Of a stretch of DNA of 64,000 bases, positions 22,399 through 32,618 are shown piece after piece. The translations under genes were made by a program, and so were the position numbers. Location of the stretch: NCBI GenBank assembly GCA_963768105.1, contig CAVYGR010000001.1:35453-99452 (forward strand), given 5' to 3'. Source of the stretch: Candidatus Dormiibacterota bacterium. GTDB lineage: Bacteria; Chloroflexota; Dormibacteria; Aeolococcales; Aeolococcaceae. Below the pieces are notes generated by a model. That model made no database searches and had not been told where the DNA came from. It saw only the letters and a program-made list of their open reading frames with translations. Each line of letters opens with the position of its first letter. Position 1 is the stretch's first letter.

Positions 22399-23369
22399 GC
22401 TGGGCTCCGGCGCGCGTGGTTGTCACCGGCGGCGCGGGATTCCTCGGATCTCACTTGGTCGACAGGTTGCTCGCCGATGGTGCCGAGGTGATCGCCATCG
22501 ACAATCTGATCACCGGGAGCCCCCGGAACGTGGGCCATCTCGCCGATGATCCTCGCTTCTCGCTGCGCACCGAGGACGTGACGCGCCCCTGGGACGTTGA
22601 TGGAAGGGTGAACGCCGTTCTGCACTTCGCGTCACTCGCCTCACCGGTTGACTACGAACGCCATCCGATCGAGACGCTCGAGGTCGGGACGCTGGGCACC
22701 ATGAACGCCCTCCGCGTCGCCGAGGAGAAGGGCGCACGTTTTCTCTTCGCGTCGACGAGCGAGGTGTACGGCGACCCGTCGGTGCACCCGCAACCGGAGA
22801 CGTACTGGGGCAACGTGAATCCGATCGGCCCGCGAAGTTGCTACGACGAATCGAAGCGCGTCTCCGAGGCGTTCACGATGGCGTTCGCGAAGGCACGACA
22901 CGTCGACGTCCGGATCGCGCGGATCTTCAACACGTTCGGGCCCCGGATGCGTGCAGAGGATGGGCGAGCAGTTCCGCAATTCGTTACGCAGGCGCTGGCA
23001 GGCGAGCCGATCACCGTGTACGGAGACGGATCACAGACACGCAGCCTCTGCTACGTCGACGACCTCATCGAAGGCTTGATGCGCCTGCTCCGGTCCGACT
23101 ACAGGCTGCCGGTGAACCTCGGCAATCCCCACGAGCTGAGCATGTTGCAGCTTGCGGAGATGATTCGCGACCTCTGCGCCAGCGCCTCTGCCATCGAGAT
23201 GCGTCCGCTGCCGGTGGACGACCCCAAGCGGCGGTGCCCGGACGTGACGGTCGCGGAGCGCGAGCTGCAGTGGAAGGCAACGGTGCCGCTGGCCGACGCG
23301 CTGCGCGCCACCATCGAGTGGTGGCGGCTCGCGTCGCGACCCGAGGCGTCGGCCGACATCGCCAGGTAG
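22395..23369 (+). CDS. uxs: UDP-glucuronate decarboxylase (UDP-xylose synthase)
   Basis: There is an ATGA overlap with ugd. [18 protein letters not shown] and [36 protein letters not shown] are present. Confidence 0.9.
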   Translation: MSWAPARVVVTGGAGFLGSHLVDRLLADGAEVIAIDNLITGSPRNVGHLADDPRFSLRTEDVTRPWDVDGRVNAVLHFASLASPVDYERHPIETLEVGTLGTMNALRVAEEKGARFLFASTSEVYGDPSVHPQPETYWGNVNPIGPRSCYDESKRVSEAFTMAFAKARHVDVRIARIFNTFGPRMRAEDGRAVPQFVTQALAGEPITVYGDGSQTRSLCYVDDLIEGLMRLLRSDYRLPVNLGNPHELSMLQLAEMIRDLCASASAIEMRPLPVDDPKRRCPDVTVAERELQWKATVPLADALRATIEWWRLASRPEASADIAR

Positions 23370-23390
23370 CTGCAGACCGGGATCCGTTCG

Positions 23391-24089
23391 CTAGCGCACT
23401 CGACGGAGCCAGCCCTTGGGGCTGTGGCTGACGAGGTATCGACGGGACCGCTCCTCGTCAACGACGAAACGATCGTCTCGGGCAACAAAGCGTTCGACCG
23501 CGCGTAAAGGCCCAGGTCGCGCGTGCCTGAACATGGCGAGCTCGTCGGTGCACCCATCCTGAACGTGCATATACTCGCCGACCTTCAGGAACTCGGCATA
23601 GAGACGCATCTCGCGTTCGACGTGCGCTTGAGAGTGGTCGCTGTCCAACACCACGAGCACATGTTTCGGCTGCGCATGGACCACGCGGTCGCGCACCGTG
23701 CTCACGATCGTGGGATCCGTGGAGCTCCCGATCAGAAACTCGATCCGTGGGTGCTCGAAATCGGCAAGCTTCTCGACGTCGATGGTGAGCACGCTTCCAC
23801 GACCCAGCAGGTCAAATATCGAAGCCATGTAGAACGCTGAGCCACCCCGGTTGGTGCCGCACTCGATGACGAAGTCAACCTCGTCATGAACGATCGCTTC
23901 CTGGATCAACCAGGCGTCGGTGACGTTTTGCCAGATGGGTCTCCCGAGCCATGTGACGCGATCGAAGTTGGAAGTACGCCTGATCAGGGCGGTGAGGGCG
24001 GCCCTCCGAATGACTGTGTCCTCCATCCAGGAACGCATGCCTCTGGCCGGGCCCGCCTGTGTGATTCGCGTGAGGATGCTCATCGGCAA
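23391..24089 (-). CDS. CmcI-family (cephalosporin hydroxylase-like) SAM-dependent O-methyltransferase
   Basis: RPIWQNVTDAWLIQEAIVHDEVDFVIECGTNRGGSAFYMA matches the CmcI/rhamnosyl O-methyltransferase pattern. Confidence 0.75.
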   Translation of the reverse strand: MPMSILTRITQAGPARGMRSWMEDTVIRRAALTALIRRTSNFDRVTWLGRPIWQNVTDAWLIQEAIVHDEVDFVIECGTNRGGSAFYMASIFDLLGRGSVLTIDVEKLADFEHPRIEFLIGSSTDPTIVSTVRDRVVHAQPKHVLVVLDSDHSQAHVEREMRLYAEFLKVGEYMHVQDGCTDELAMFRHARPGPLRAVERFVARDDRFVVDEERSRRYLVSHSPKGWLRRVR

Positions 24090-24104
24090 ACTAGGATACG
24101 GCCT

Positions 24105-24758
24105 TCACACCGCGTCCTTGCCGTGTGGCTTCCTGGCGATGGTGATTGTGTCAAAGGCAATCGGTAGAGGCCAACCGACAATCGCCTTCGCACGGTTGAG
24201 CATGCGACCGCGCGGTCCACGCCCAGCGTTGTACGACTTCCCGGGAAACCACGACAGCGGACGTTCCTCCAGGCTGTCCCAGCGTGTCAGCTCGACATCG
24301 AGGCCCGCCTCCTCGCACAGCGCGCGCATGCCGTCGGGGTAGATCCGCCAGCAGTCAATCGGCGCCTCGTGGTAGGGCCAGCTCACCGGGTTGACGGTGA
24401 CCACGGCGCCGCCGGGTGCGCATACGCGGGCCAGCTCCCGCATCCAGATCCATGGTTTCCGAACATGCTCGATCACCTGGCCAGAAACAACGATTTCGAA
24501 TGCCGAGTTGGGTGCGGGGATGTCGTACTCGGAGCGCATCGGAAACGTCACATCTGTCCCCGCCCCGATTCCCCAGAGGCGCTCGCCCCCGGCGTCCACC
24601 TGCGACGCGAGATCGGCTGTGGACCAGATGACCGGCGCGGTGATCTGCCGGCGATATGTCGAAGGGTTGCCGTCTGGGCCCACTTCGAGCACACGGGTTC
24701 CGGCGATGAAGAGTGGCAGGGCGTACTTGCGAAAGAGGAGCACGCTGTTCGGGTGCAT
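24105..24758 (-). CDS. Class I SAM-dependent methyltransferase
   Basis: VLEVGPDG and FEIVVSGQVIEHVRKPWIWMRELARVCAPGGAVVTV are present. Confidence 0.7.
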   Translation of the reverse strand: MHPNSVLLFRKYALPLFIAGTRVLEVGPDGNPSTYRRQITAPVIWSTADLASQVDAGGERLWGIGAGTDVTFPMRSEYDIPAPNSAFEIVVSGQVIEHVRKPWIWMRELARVCAPGGAVVTVNPVSWPYHEAPIDCWRIYPDGMRALCEEAGLDVELTRWDSLEERPLSWFPGKSYNAGRGPRGRMLNRAKAIVGWPLPIAFDTITIARKPHGKDAV

Positions 24759-24788
24759 CTGACGAACGCTACCTGTACCGCCTGTCGA

Positions 24789-25653
24789 TCACGAACCGCC
24801 CGCGCTTGAGGCGGCCTTACGCAGGACGAAATGTGTCAGACGGGCGGGTCGCTTCATCGGGCGCTTGTAGCTGCTCAGCCCGGTTCGAACAATGATGCGC
24901 GACCACCCTGCCTGCTCAAACGCCGACTCCCACTGACTGAACGAATACACGGTGTCGCCCAGGTAGGGATCGTAGAGGATGCCGCTGACCGAGATGGAGG
25001 GGGAGTGCGGTTCGTATCTTCCTTGGAGGGATCGGCTCGCGACGTCGATCCCGGTGCGCAACATCTTGTACAGATACCGCGCCGTCCCCAGCGGGGTCTC
25101 GTTGAGCAAGACCATTGTGCCCGACGGCTTCAAGACGCGGTGGCATTCACGCAGCACGTCATCCAGACGGGGCGCGTGATGCAAGGCCGAGCTGGCGACA
25201 ATGAGATCATACGATCCGTCCTGCACAAGCAGCGGTGTGAAGAGAGCTCGCACCGGACGTATTTTCTCAGGCGCACCACCCATGAGCGTCACGACCGCGG
25301 GCAGCATACCCTCAAGATTGGCGCGAACTCAAGTCCAGTGCGTCGATCTGCTCGACCTCATCGAATCGGGAAAGGTAGGCGGAAAGCCAGCCGGTTCCGG
25401 CGCCGAGATCGAGCACGCGACAGTGCTTCCCGGCCAACAGTGATCGCCATGGAATGAACTCCAGGGCATCGAGGAAGTTCCACTCGGTCGTCAATGCGCG
25501 GACCTGTTCCGTTGGATCACTCCAAATGGCTGCGTGCTCGGGGTAGAAACGCGCGATCGCCATTTCCCAACTGCTTGCCTCGCTATCCGCCTGTACCGCG
25601 ATCCAGTCGTCCACCCGTGCCTCCAGCAACCGCCAACCGTGTTGAGGACGCAC
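24789..25653 (-). pseudogene. Class I SAM-dependent methyltransferase, +1 frameshift at 25325-25330 (probably a sequence error)
   Basis: Motif I (RVLDLGAGTGWLSAYL, ORF 25312..25653) and the post-I motifs (YDLIVASSALHHAPRLDDVLRECHRVLKPSGTMVL, ORF 24789..25307) are in different frames. The plus-strand break sits on GAACTC. Confidence 0.75.
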
Positions 25654-25689
25654 TGTACCCGTTCCCTTTTCCGGTTAGCATGCTTCCGC

Positions 25690-27474
25690 ATGCCGGGAAC
25701 CATCACATTCGTTCATGACGCCGGTCACCAGCGGCTCGACGCCGACGGTGCGGTGATCGCGCTCACGCCCGCGGCCTTCGAGGATTGCCGGCGTCAGGGC
25801 CTCGCTCCCAGCGTCGTCGACGATCACACGCGGCGACCTGAGTTCTGCCGGAATCCCTCCGCATATCAACGCTGGCAGTTGGACTGGCTGGCACGCTTGG
25901 ACACCGCGACCCAGCTCGACGGAGTTGCTCGCTCGTGCGCCGAGCTGATCGTTCCTCCCCTGGATTCACTGATCATCGCCACCAGCACGCTGGCAAGTGC
26001 AGTCGATGCGCTCGCTCCACGAGCGATCACGTATGTCGGCCGTGGCGGCCCAGCAGAGGAGACGGGCTACCACAACGGTCATCTGGCATTCTGGCCTCGC
26101 CTCGGCGACCTCCCGCTCGCGTCGCGCGTTCTGCCCTTGATCGCCGCGGCGCGCGGTCTGCAATTGGACATGAGGTCAACCGATTCAGACAATTCTCCAA
26201 GCCCGATCAATCCGCCGCTGCTGAGTCGGTCCCGACGACGCATCGCACGGTGGTTGGGGCCTTTTCGCCGATTGCACTGGGGAGGGATACCGTCGAGCGT
26301 TCGCCGGCCGGCAACCCTGATGCTCTGGTACGCGGGCTATGGCGCGGAGCAATTCGCGAAGGACGAGCGCCGGGCCGGTCGCGACACCATCTTCATCACG
26401 CGGGGCGGCTCGTCATTTCGGATCATCGACCCGGCGTTGCCTCCCAGGCACCGACTAGGCCGGCCCATCGACATTACCGTCCCTGCGGTCTCGAGTTTGA
26501 TGCCGCAGCTTGTGACGCTGCTTGATGAGATCGACGAATGGGCACGGATTCCTGGTGCCGGACGCCTTCTCGAAAGCCGCCTTGCCGTCTACCTTCACGG
26601 GATATGCATCACGGTTGCGTGCGCCGCGAAAGCGGTCGACCGCGAGTTCTCCCGTTTCGCGCTCGATAGCGTCGCCGCCGCAAATCCAAGTTCGCTCGAG
26701 GAGTTCGCGTGCCTGGTTGCGGCCGGCGTCGCCGAGATCCCGCGCACCCTCGTTCAGCATGGCGACCACCTGCTTCCGTACAGCCCGTGGCTCGTCGCCC
26801 AGACACCGGACTTCGAGAACTTTGCCGCCAGCGACCCGACCGTTGCCGCGGCTTTCGACGCCGAAGCGGCGGCGCTCGGCGTCGATGCGCCGCGGGTCAT
26901 CAATTACGCCCCGCGAATCCAAGCCCTTCGCGCGAGGGCATCACATCGCGTGCGTCGGCCGACGTCTGCTGTCGGAACCATCTGCTACGTCCCGTGTTTC
27001 TTCCTCGGCGATTCGAAACGCGTTGCAGGCGGTCATTTCGACGATGCGTGGTACCACCGCTGGCACCTTCGCATTCTTGATCTCATGGCGTCGCGACCGG
27101 ATCTGCGTTTCGTGTGGAAGGGTCTGCCGTCGGTCGATCTCGCGCCCGACCCCATCCCGGCGATCCTTGGCGAACGTCAGCTCGCGAACGTGACATACGA
27201 GGCGCGCGCCTTCCTGGAGGTGGTGGGAGAGGTGGAGCGAGTGTTCACCGATTACCCGAGCACGGCCCTCTACGAGACGGTGCACGTTGGCAAGCCGGTG
27301 CTCGCCCTGGTCTTCGAACGTTTCGCCACGGTACGCGAGGACGCGGCTCAGCGATTCGATCAGGTGCTGCGCAGGTGCAACAGCGAAGAAGACGCGCTTG
27401 GCTACTTGCGCGAATTCCTGAAAAGCGATCCCGCAACCTGGCTGCTACCGGTCGAGCGGATCACAGTCACTTGA
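25690..27474 (+). CDS. Hypothetical soluble protein (594 aa); possible GT-B / TagF-KpsS-like transferase
   Basis: ATG 25690 lies inside ORF 25534..27474. I recognised no canonical motif except a C-terminal VFTDYPSTALYETVHVGKPVLALVFE segment, which resembles the nucleotide-sugar-binding half of TagF/capsule-type GT-B enzymes. Confidence 0.5.
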   Translation: MPGTITFVHDAGHQRLDADGAVIALTPAAFEDCRRQGLAPSVVDDHTRRPEFCRNPSAYQRWQLDWLARLDTATQLDGVARSCAELIVPPLDSLIIATSTLASAVDALAPRAITYVGRGGPAEETGYHNGHLAFWPRLGDLPLASRVLPLIAAARGLQLDMRSTDSDNSPSPINPPLLSRSRRRIARWLGPFRRLHWGGIPSSVRRPATLMLWYAGYGAEQFAKDERRAGRDTIFITRGGSSFRIIDPALPPRHRLGRPIDITVPAVSSLMPQLVTLLDEIDEWARIPGAGRLLESRLAVYLHGICITVACAAKAVDREFSRFALDSVAAANPSSLEEFACLVAAGVAEIPRTLVQHGDHLLPYSPWLVAQTPDFENFAASDPTVAAAFDAEAAALGVDAPRVINYAPRIQALRARASHRVRRPTSAVGTICYVPCFFLGDSKRVAGGHFDDAWYHRWHLRILDLMASRPDLRFVWKGLPSVDLAPDPIPAILGERQLANVTYEARAFLEVVGEVERVFTDYPSTALYETVHVGKPVLALVFERFATVREDAAQRFDQVLRRCNSEEDALGYLREFLKSDPATWLLPVERITVT

Positions 27475-28054
27475 TGACGCGCAGTTTGAACGTCAACTCG
27501 TCGAGCGGCAGCAGCGGCGCAACGTGCTGCTCGTACTGATCCGGCCACCGAGTGGCTGCCCGAGCGAGCAAACCGCGAACCCCACGAGTCGGGAAGCGCT
27601 CGTTGAACGTCACGCTGTCCACGGCATATCGAGCCCGCGAATACCCGTACTGACTGAAGAATGGATGGCTCGGATCAAAGTACGCCATGGACCCCGATGT
27701 GAACGCGTGCCGGTGAGTGGGATCGAGCGCCGCCCAGCGCGATCGGAAGTAGGGCACGTCGATGCGCACCCTGCATCCGCCCTGCCCGATCCTGTGGACC
27801 TCTTCCAGGGTCGCGACGACGTTGTCGAGATGCTCGAGCACGTTGTCCATGTAGATCGATTCGGCACTCGACGTGTCGAACGGGTACGGGAAGACGTTGA
27901 GGTCGTGGATGACATCGGCGCCCGACGACGGATTGACGTCGACACCGATAGCGCCGGGGCGTTTCGTGGATCCGCATCCGAGATCGAGAATCACTTCGGT
28001 GATCCATTCGCGTGGGCCATCCCGACCGACCTGTCCCGGCGCGACAGCAGCCAC
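27467..28054 (-). CDS. Class I SAM-dependent methyltransferase
   Basis: VILDLGCGSTKRPGAIGVD and IYMDNVLEHLDNVVATLEEVHRIGQGGCRVRIDVP are present. The start is uncertain because the ORF overlaps the upstream GT4 by 64 nt. Confidence 0.7.
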   Translation of the reverse strand: MAAVAPGQVGRDGPREWITEVILDLGCGSTKRPGAIGVDVNPSSGADVIHDLNVFPYPFDTSSAESIYMDNVLEHLDNVVATLEEVHRIGQGGCRVRIDVPYFRSRWAALDPTHRHAFTSGSMAYFDPSHPFFSQYGYSRARYAVDSVTFNERFPTRGVRGLLARAATRWPDQYEQHVAPLLPLDELTFKLRVIK

Positions 28055-29292
28055 CGGTAGGTTCGCCAGTACTCGCTGACCACCTCGCGCGGGGCGAAGT
28101 GCGTCTCGTAACGAGATCTTCCTGATTTCCCCATCGCAGCTCCACGACCGGGCACATCGAGAACGTCGGTGAGCGCTGCGGCGAGAGCGGTCGCGTCGCC
28201 CGGCGGAACCAGACGCCCGGTCACGTTGTCGACCACCTGATCCGGGATTCCGGCGACGCGGGTGGCTACCACGGGACGACCGGCCGCCATGGCTTCGAGG
28301 ATAACAATTGGGAAATCCTCGTGGCTGATCGACGGCAGCACGACGACGTCAGCGATCTCGTAGAGCGACCATGGGTCGGGATGCTCCCCGAGAAATCGGA
28401 CTCGGTCGGACACGCGGAGGGACTCGGCCAGGTGTTCGAGCGCTGCGCGCTCGGGGCCGGTGCCTGCGATCACGACCGTGAGGTCAGCGCATGATGCGGG
28501 GAGGTGTTGCAAAGCCTCAAGGAGGTAGCGGTGGCCCTTGCGCACCTCGAGACGCGCCACCACGAGCGCAATGCGCCTGTCGCGCGCGATGCCGAGCGTT
28601 TTACGCGTCGCATCAGGGCTGGAGCCGGGATCACGACGAACCACCGCATTGGGAATCACCCGATGTTGCGTCGCTTTGAGACGAAGCACACGCTGCAGGG
28701 CGTACCCCGCGGCATTCGATCCGGTGACGAACACGCCGACCGACCGGGCAACCATTCGATCGATCGGGTAGTCAAGCGCTCGTCCAGGGGTCCGGTATGG
28801 ATACGCGATGTTGTTGACGACGTACACACTGGGAATACCGGCCAGGCGCGAGGCGATGGCCGCGGCGTTGCACGAGATCGCCCCGGGAAAACCGCCGTTG
28901 TTGATGTGCACGATATCCGGATTGCTGCGCCGCAGCTCCGCGTACATACGCGCGATGTCCCACACGAGGCACGCCTGTTTGACGGGCAGCAGGGACACCC
29001 CACCCCGCAGCGCGCGCGAGACCCGCGGCGACCGGCCGCGCGACAGCGCGACCTTGAGGTCCGCAGGATCCGGCAGCTGCAACCGCAGCCGCGGGACGCG
29101 CGGGCCCAGCTTCGTCCTCAAGCCCTCCTCGTATTCCGGCCAGGCCCGGTACGTGAACACCATCTCTACCGCGGGTTCATCGACCGCCGCGGTCAACAGA
29201 ACCAGGAGGGTGGTCTCACTCCCGCTGAACCAGTAGTTGTCCGTGTGATAGTGAATACGCACCTGGACCCCTACACGCTGCCGTCGCCGCAC
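27991..29292 (-). CDS. Family 4 (GT-B) glycosyltransferase
   Basis: RKGHRYLLEAL...RFLGEHPDPWSLYEIADVVVLPSISHEDFPIVILEAMAAGRPVVATRVAGIPDQV carries the EX7E-type motif. Confidence 0.85.
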   Translation of the reverse strand: MRRRQRVGVQVRIHYHTDNYWFSGSETTLLVLLTAAVDEPAVEMVFTYRAWPEYEEGLRTKLGPRVPRLRLQLPDPADLKVALSRGRSPRVSRALRGGVSLLPVKQACLVWDIARMYAELRRSNPDIVHINNGGFPGAISCNAAAIASRLAGIPSVYVVNNIAYPYRTPGRALDYPIDRMVARSVGVFVTGSNAAGYALQRVLRLKATQHRVIPNAVVRRDPGSSPDATRKTLGIARDRRIALVVARLEVRKGHRYLLEALQHLPASCADLTVVIAGTGPERAALEHLAESLRVSDRVRFLGEHPDPWSLYEIADVVVLPSISHEDFPIVILEAMAAGRPVVATRVAGIPDQVVDNVTGRLVPPGDATALAAALTDVLDVPGRGAAMGKSGRSRYETHFAPREVVSEYWRTYRWLLSRRDRSVGMAHANGSPK

Positions 29293-29316
29293 GATGCGCC
29301 GCGCGGATTTGAAATC

Positions 29317-30659
29317 ATGAACCCTGAGGAGACGTGAACTGAACGAGCGCGACCTGCGGCCGGCGAAGTCGCCGAGGATCCGGCTTGGGCTCTACAGCCA
29401 TGCTTCGCGGATCGGCGGAGCCGAAACCTACCTGCGAGACGTGGCATCTGGCATGGACCCAAGCATCTTCGACGTGCACGTCTTCGTTCCTCCGTGGCAG
29501 GAGTTCATCGATTTCCTCGGCATCGACGGGACACCCGGTGTGGACCTGCACATAGTGAGGGTAGTCGAGCCGGCCACCGCATTCCCCGATGAGCGACGCG
29601 GGCAGTCCGGTGCACGGTCGCAGCCGAGTTTCGGGACCGAGTTCCTCCGCCTCCCGGGTCCGCCGCATCGCCCTGGCGATGCGCCTGCCACCGCATGCGC
29701 TGCGCATTGGTCACGACGCTCTCCGCTATATGACCATGCCCGTGAACCGTCCTCGGCTGGCGGCCGCGTTTGCGCCATACGACCTGGACGTGCTCCACGT
29801 GATCAATGGCGGGTATCCCGGTGCGGCCAGCGCTCTTGCGGCCGTCCTCGCGGGGCGGCGCACCGCGCGCCGCCGGGTGATGACGGTCTGCAGCACCGCC
29901 ATGCCACGGAGCATCCTCGAACCGGCTGAACGCCTCGTCGACAGTCGTGTCGAAGGCTGTCTGGATTCGGTGATCGTTCCAGGACGACGACCCGGGACGG
30001 CGCTCGTGCGCCGTGGCTTCCATCGCGACAAGATCGAGATCATCCCCTGGGGCGCGCGGGCGGTGCCAGCCGCGACGGATCCCGGAGCCCGTTCTCGACT
30101 GGGTTTGCCGAGCGAGGGTCCCGTCATCGTCTGCCTGGCGAACTTCACCCCGACCAAGGGCCAGAGAGTGGTCGTGGATGCGATGCCGGCGCTGGTGGCG
30201 CAGTTCCCCGGTATCCGTGCCGTGCTGGCGGGAGACGGCCCGGAGCTCCGAGCCGTTCGCGATCGCGCCGATGCCCTTGGGCTCGACGGCAGCGTGCTCT
30301 TTCCGGGGTCGTTCACCGAGCCGTGGGACCTGCTCCGAGCCGCCGACGTTCTCGTCCTCGCCTCGGAGATGGAGGGTTTGCCGCTCGTGATCCTCGAGGC
30401 GATGAGCCAGGGCGTCCCCGTGGTCGCCACCGACGTTGGTGGCATCCCCGAGGCGGTCACCGATGGCGAGACAGGTTTCCTGATCGCTCCGCGGGATGCC
30501 GGCGCGGTCGCGACCGCGGTTGCCCGGATCCTCGCGGCCCCCTACCTGAAGCAGCACATGCGCGAGGCGGCCTTGGTCCGGTTCGGTGAGCGATTCACGA
30601 TGAGGGCGATGCTCGAAAGTCATCGCGCGCTTTATCTGCGCCTCGCCGACGCCGGCTGA
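29317..30659 (+). pseudogene. Family 4 (GT-B) glycosyltransferase, +1 frameshift at 29649-29654; 5' end unresolved
   Basis: RIRLGLYSHASRIGGAETYL...(frame of ORF 29441..29929) continues as SASRVRRIALAM...VINGGYPGAA...PSEMEGLPLVILEAMSQGVPVVATDVGGIPE (ORF 29589..30659). The break sits on GAGTTC. The conserved N-terminal frame opens at 29321 with no ATG/GTG/TTG before the motif. ATG 29317 is in the neighbouring frame. Confidence 0.72.
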
Positions 30660-30697
30660 ATGCAGCGTGATCACCGTCTGCCCGTAGACTGCTCTGA

Positions 30698-31522
30698 ATG
30701 CGATCCGGACCGGAACTCGCCCTGCCTGAGCAGGTCGAAGCGAACGAGAGCCACTGGGCGGCCTACGACGCGGCGGGGATTGACCGGTTGCTGGCGGTCG
30801 AGGACAGGCATTTCTGGTTCCGCGCACGGAACGAGATCATCGCCGCCTTGGTTCGTGCGCCGATCCACAACCTCCCGGATGGCTTTCGCATCCTCGAGGT
30901 GGGCTGCGGGAGCGGCAACGTGCTGCGGGTTCTCAAGAGGGTGGCTGCGGGTCGCGGCAGCGTCGAAGGGCTCGAGGTCAGTGCCCCGGCGGCGGCAGCG
31001 GCGCGAACTCGCACCGATCTCCCGATCACCAAAGGGTATCTGGCCGATCTTCATGCGCCGGAACCCTACGACCTCATCGCTGCATTCGACGTGCTCGAAC
31101 ACATCAGGGATGAGCATGCCGCGCTGAGTCAGATGCGAGTGCGACTCAAGGAGGGAGGCCGCGTCATTCTCACTGTCCCCGCCCACCCCGCTCTCTGGAG
31201 CGCCTTCGACGTCGCCTCGGAACACATGCGGCGGTACACGTCAACGGGCCTGACCCGGGCGTTGGGGAAGGCCGGTTTCGAGGTCGAATATCTCACGTAC
31301 TTCATGTCGCTGCTCTTCCCTGCGATGTGGCTGCGCCGTAACCTTCTCAAGGCGGATCGGCGAGATCTGGCAGTGGTGTACGACTCGGAGTTCCGGATCG
31401 TTCCAGGCATCAACCGGGTGGCGTACGAAATACTCCGCCAGGAGGCACATCTCATTCGCAGGGGCGGTCGGCTGCCGTTTGGCACGTCGCTCGCGGTGAT
31501 CGCCCGGACGGCCCCTCGATAA
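30698..31522 (+). CDS. Class I SAM-dependent methyltransferase
   Basis: RILEVGCGSGNVLRVL and YDLIAAFDVLEHIRDEHAALSQMRVRLKEGGRVILTVP are present. Confidence 0.8.
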   Translation: MRSGPELALPEQVEANESHWAAYDAAGIDRLLAVEDRHFWFRARNEIIAALVRAPIHNLPDGFRILEVGCGSGNVLRVLKRVAAGRGSVEGLEVSAPAAAAARTRTDLPITKGYLADLHAPEPYDLIAAFDVLEHIRDEHAALSQMRVRLKEGGRVILTVPAHPALWSAFDVASEHMRRYTSTGLTRALGKAGFEVEYLTYFMSLLFPAMWLRRNLLKADRRDLAVVYDSEFRIVPGINRVAYEILRQEAHLIRRGGRLPFGTSLAVIARTAPR

Positions 31523-31540
31523 CGCTCCGCGCGACGGCAA

Positions 31541-32524
31541 TCAGGTATTGACGGTCCCGGCAGGATCGACCTGGAGCTCCCGACGCCGTGAGTACTCCGC
31601 AGCAGTCAGTTCCAGGCCACGACCAAAGTCGGTTGGCGCGTATGGGATCAGTGAGCTGAGACGTGTGATGTCCAGGACAACGGATCGGACATCAAATCCG
31701 CGCCTCGGTCTGTGGTCCACGATGGCGGACACGCCGATTGACCTGCTGACGGCGTCCACGATCTCGAGCACCGTGTGCCCCTGCCCCGAGCCGACATTGA
31801 CGGTTCCCACATCGATGCGATCCTCGACGACGCGAGCCACGACTGAGGCAACGTCGTCAACCAGGATGTAATCCCGCAGGGCCTTTCCGTCGCCGAAGAT
31901 CGAAAGGGGAAGCCCGCGGCTGATGCGATCCAGAAAGATCGCGATAACGCCCTGATCCCGGTCGTACGCCTGGCCGGGGCCGTAGACGTTGGCGCATCGA
32001 AGGATGTTCAGCGGCGTGCCAAAGCGTCGCGCATACGCCTGGGCGCACGTTTCAGCCGACAGATGCAGCGCACCGTACGGCGAAATCGGCAGCGCGGGCT
32101 CGTTCTCGTCAACCGGAAGTCGATCGGGATCGCCGTAGACGGCACCTCCGGATGACAGGTAGGTCAGTGCGACATGCGGGCGCTTGATCAGCGCTTCGCT
32201 GACCGCCAGCAGCGGTACCAACATCGCGATGGCAGCCTTGGAGGGGTCGGCCGCCGCTGCGGGGGGCGTGATGCCACCCGCGCAGAACACGACGTGCTCG
32301 ACATCGAGGAGCGACTCTTCGAGGACATCCGGCCGGCGCGTATCGCCGACGATGATGCGAGCGCCGGCACGGCGCGCTGACTCAGTACGCCCCGTGGCCG
32401 AGCGTGTCAGACCGGTCACGCTCAACCCATCGGCCAGCAGCCTGGTGCCGATCGCGGCGCCCAGAAACCCCCAGCCGAGGATCAGGATCCGACGTTGCTC
32501 CGGCCCCATTCCAACCATCGGCAA
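31541..32524 (-). CDS. NAD-dependent epimerase/dehydratase (extended SDR), atypical YxxxH in place of YxxxK
   Basis: The Rossmann motif is ILILGWGFLGAAIG. The active-site region reads SPYGALHLSAE where SPYGxSKxxxE is usual. Confidence 0.8.
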   Translation of the reverse strand: MPMVGMGPEQRRILILGWGFLGAAIGTRLLADGLSVTGLTRSATGRTESARRAGARIIVGDTRRPDVLEESLLDVEHVVFCAGGITPPAAAADPSKAAIAMLVPLLAVSEALIKRPHVALTYLSSGGAVYGDPDRLPVDENEPALPISPYGALHLSAETCAQAYARRFGTPLNILRCANVYGPGQAYDRDQGVIAIFLDRISRGLPLSIFGDGKALRDYILVDDVASVVARVVEDRIDVGTVNVGSGQGHTVLEIVDAVSRSIGVSAIVDHRPRRGFDVRSVVLDITRLSSLIPYAPTDFGRGLELTAAEYSRRRELQVDPAGTVNT

Positions 32525-32618
32525 GAGTATAGACGCGACCTGCGGGCGTCACTGTCGAGAGGGCAGTGCGTCGTAATCAGACCTTGCATCGGGCATCGGG
32601 CTTGGTTGACATCACGCA

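Noticed and set aside
29505-30827. A 440-aa minus-strand ORF; similar long shadow ORFs occur at 19971..21053, 21016..22356, 9802..11523, 48780..50009 and 52108..53199
   Set aside because: All of them lie opposite genes with clear family signatures, are Arg/Gly/Asp/His-rich, and lack start-site context.
32590-32612. TTGACA hexamer as a -35 promoter element upstream of the GtrB-like gene region
   Set aside because: It is on the plus strand while both flanking genes are on the minus strand, and no properly spaced -10 box follows.
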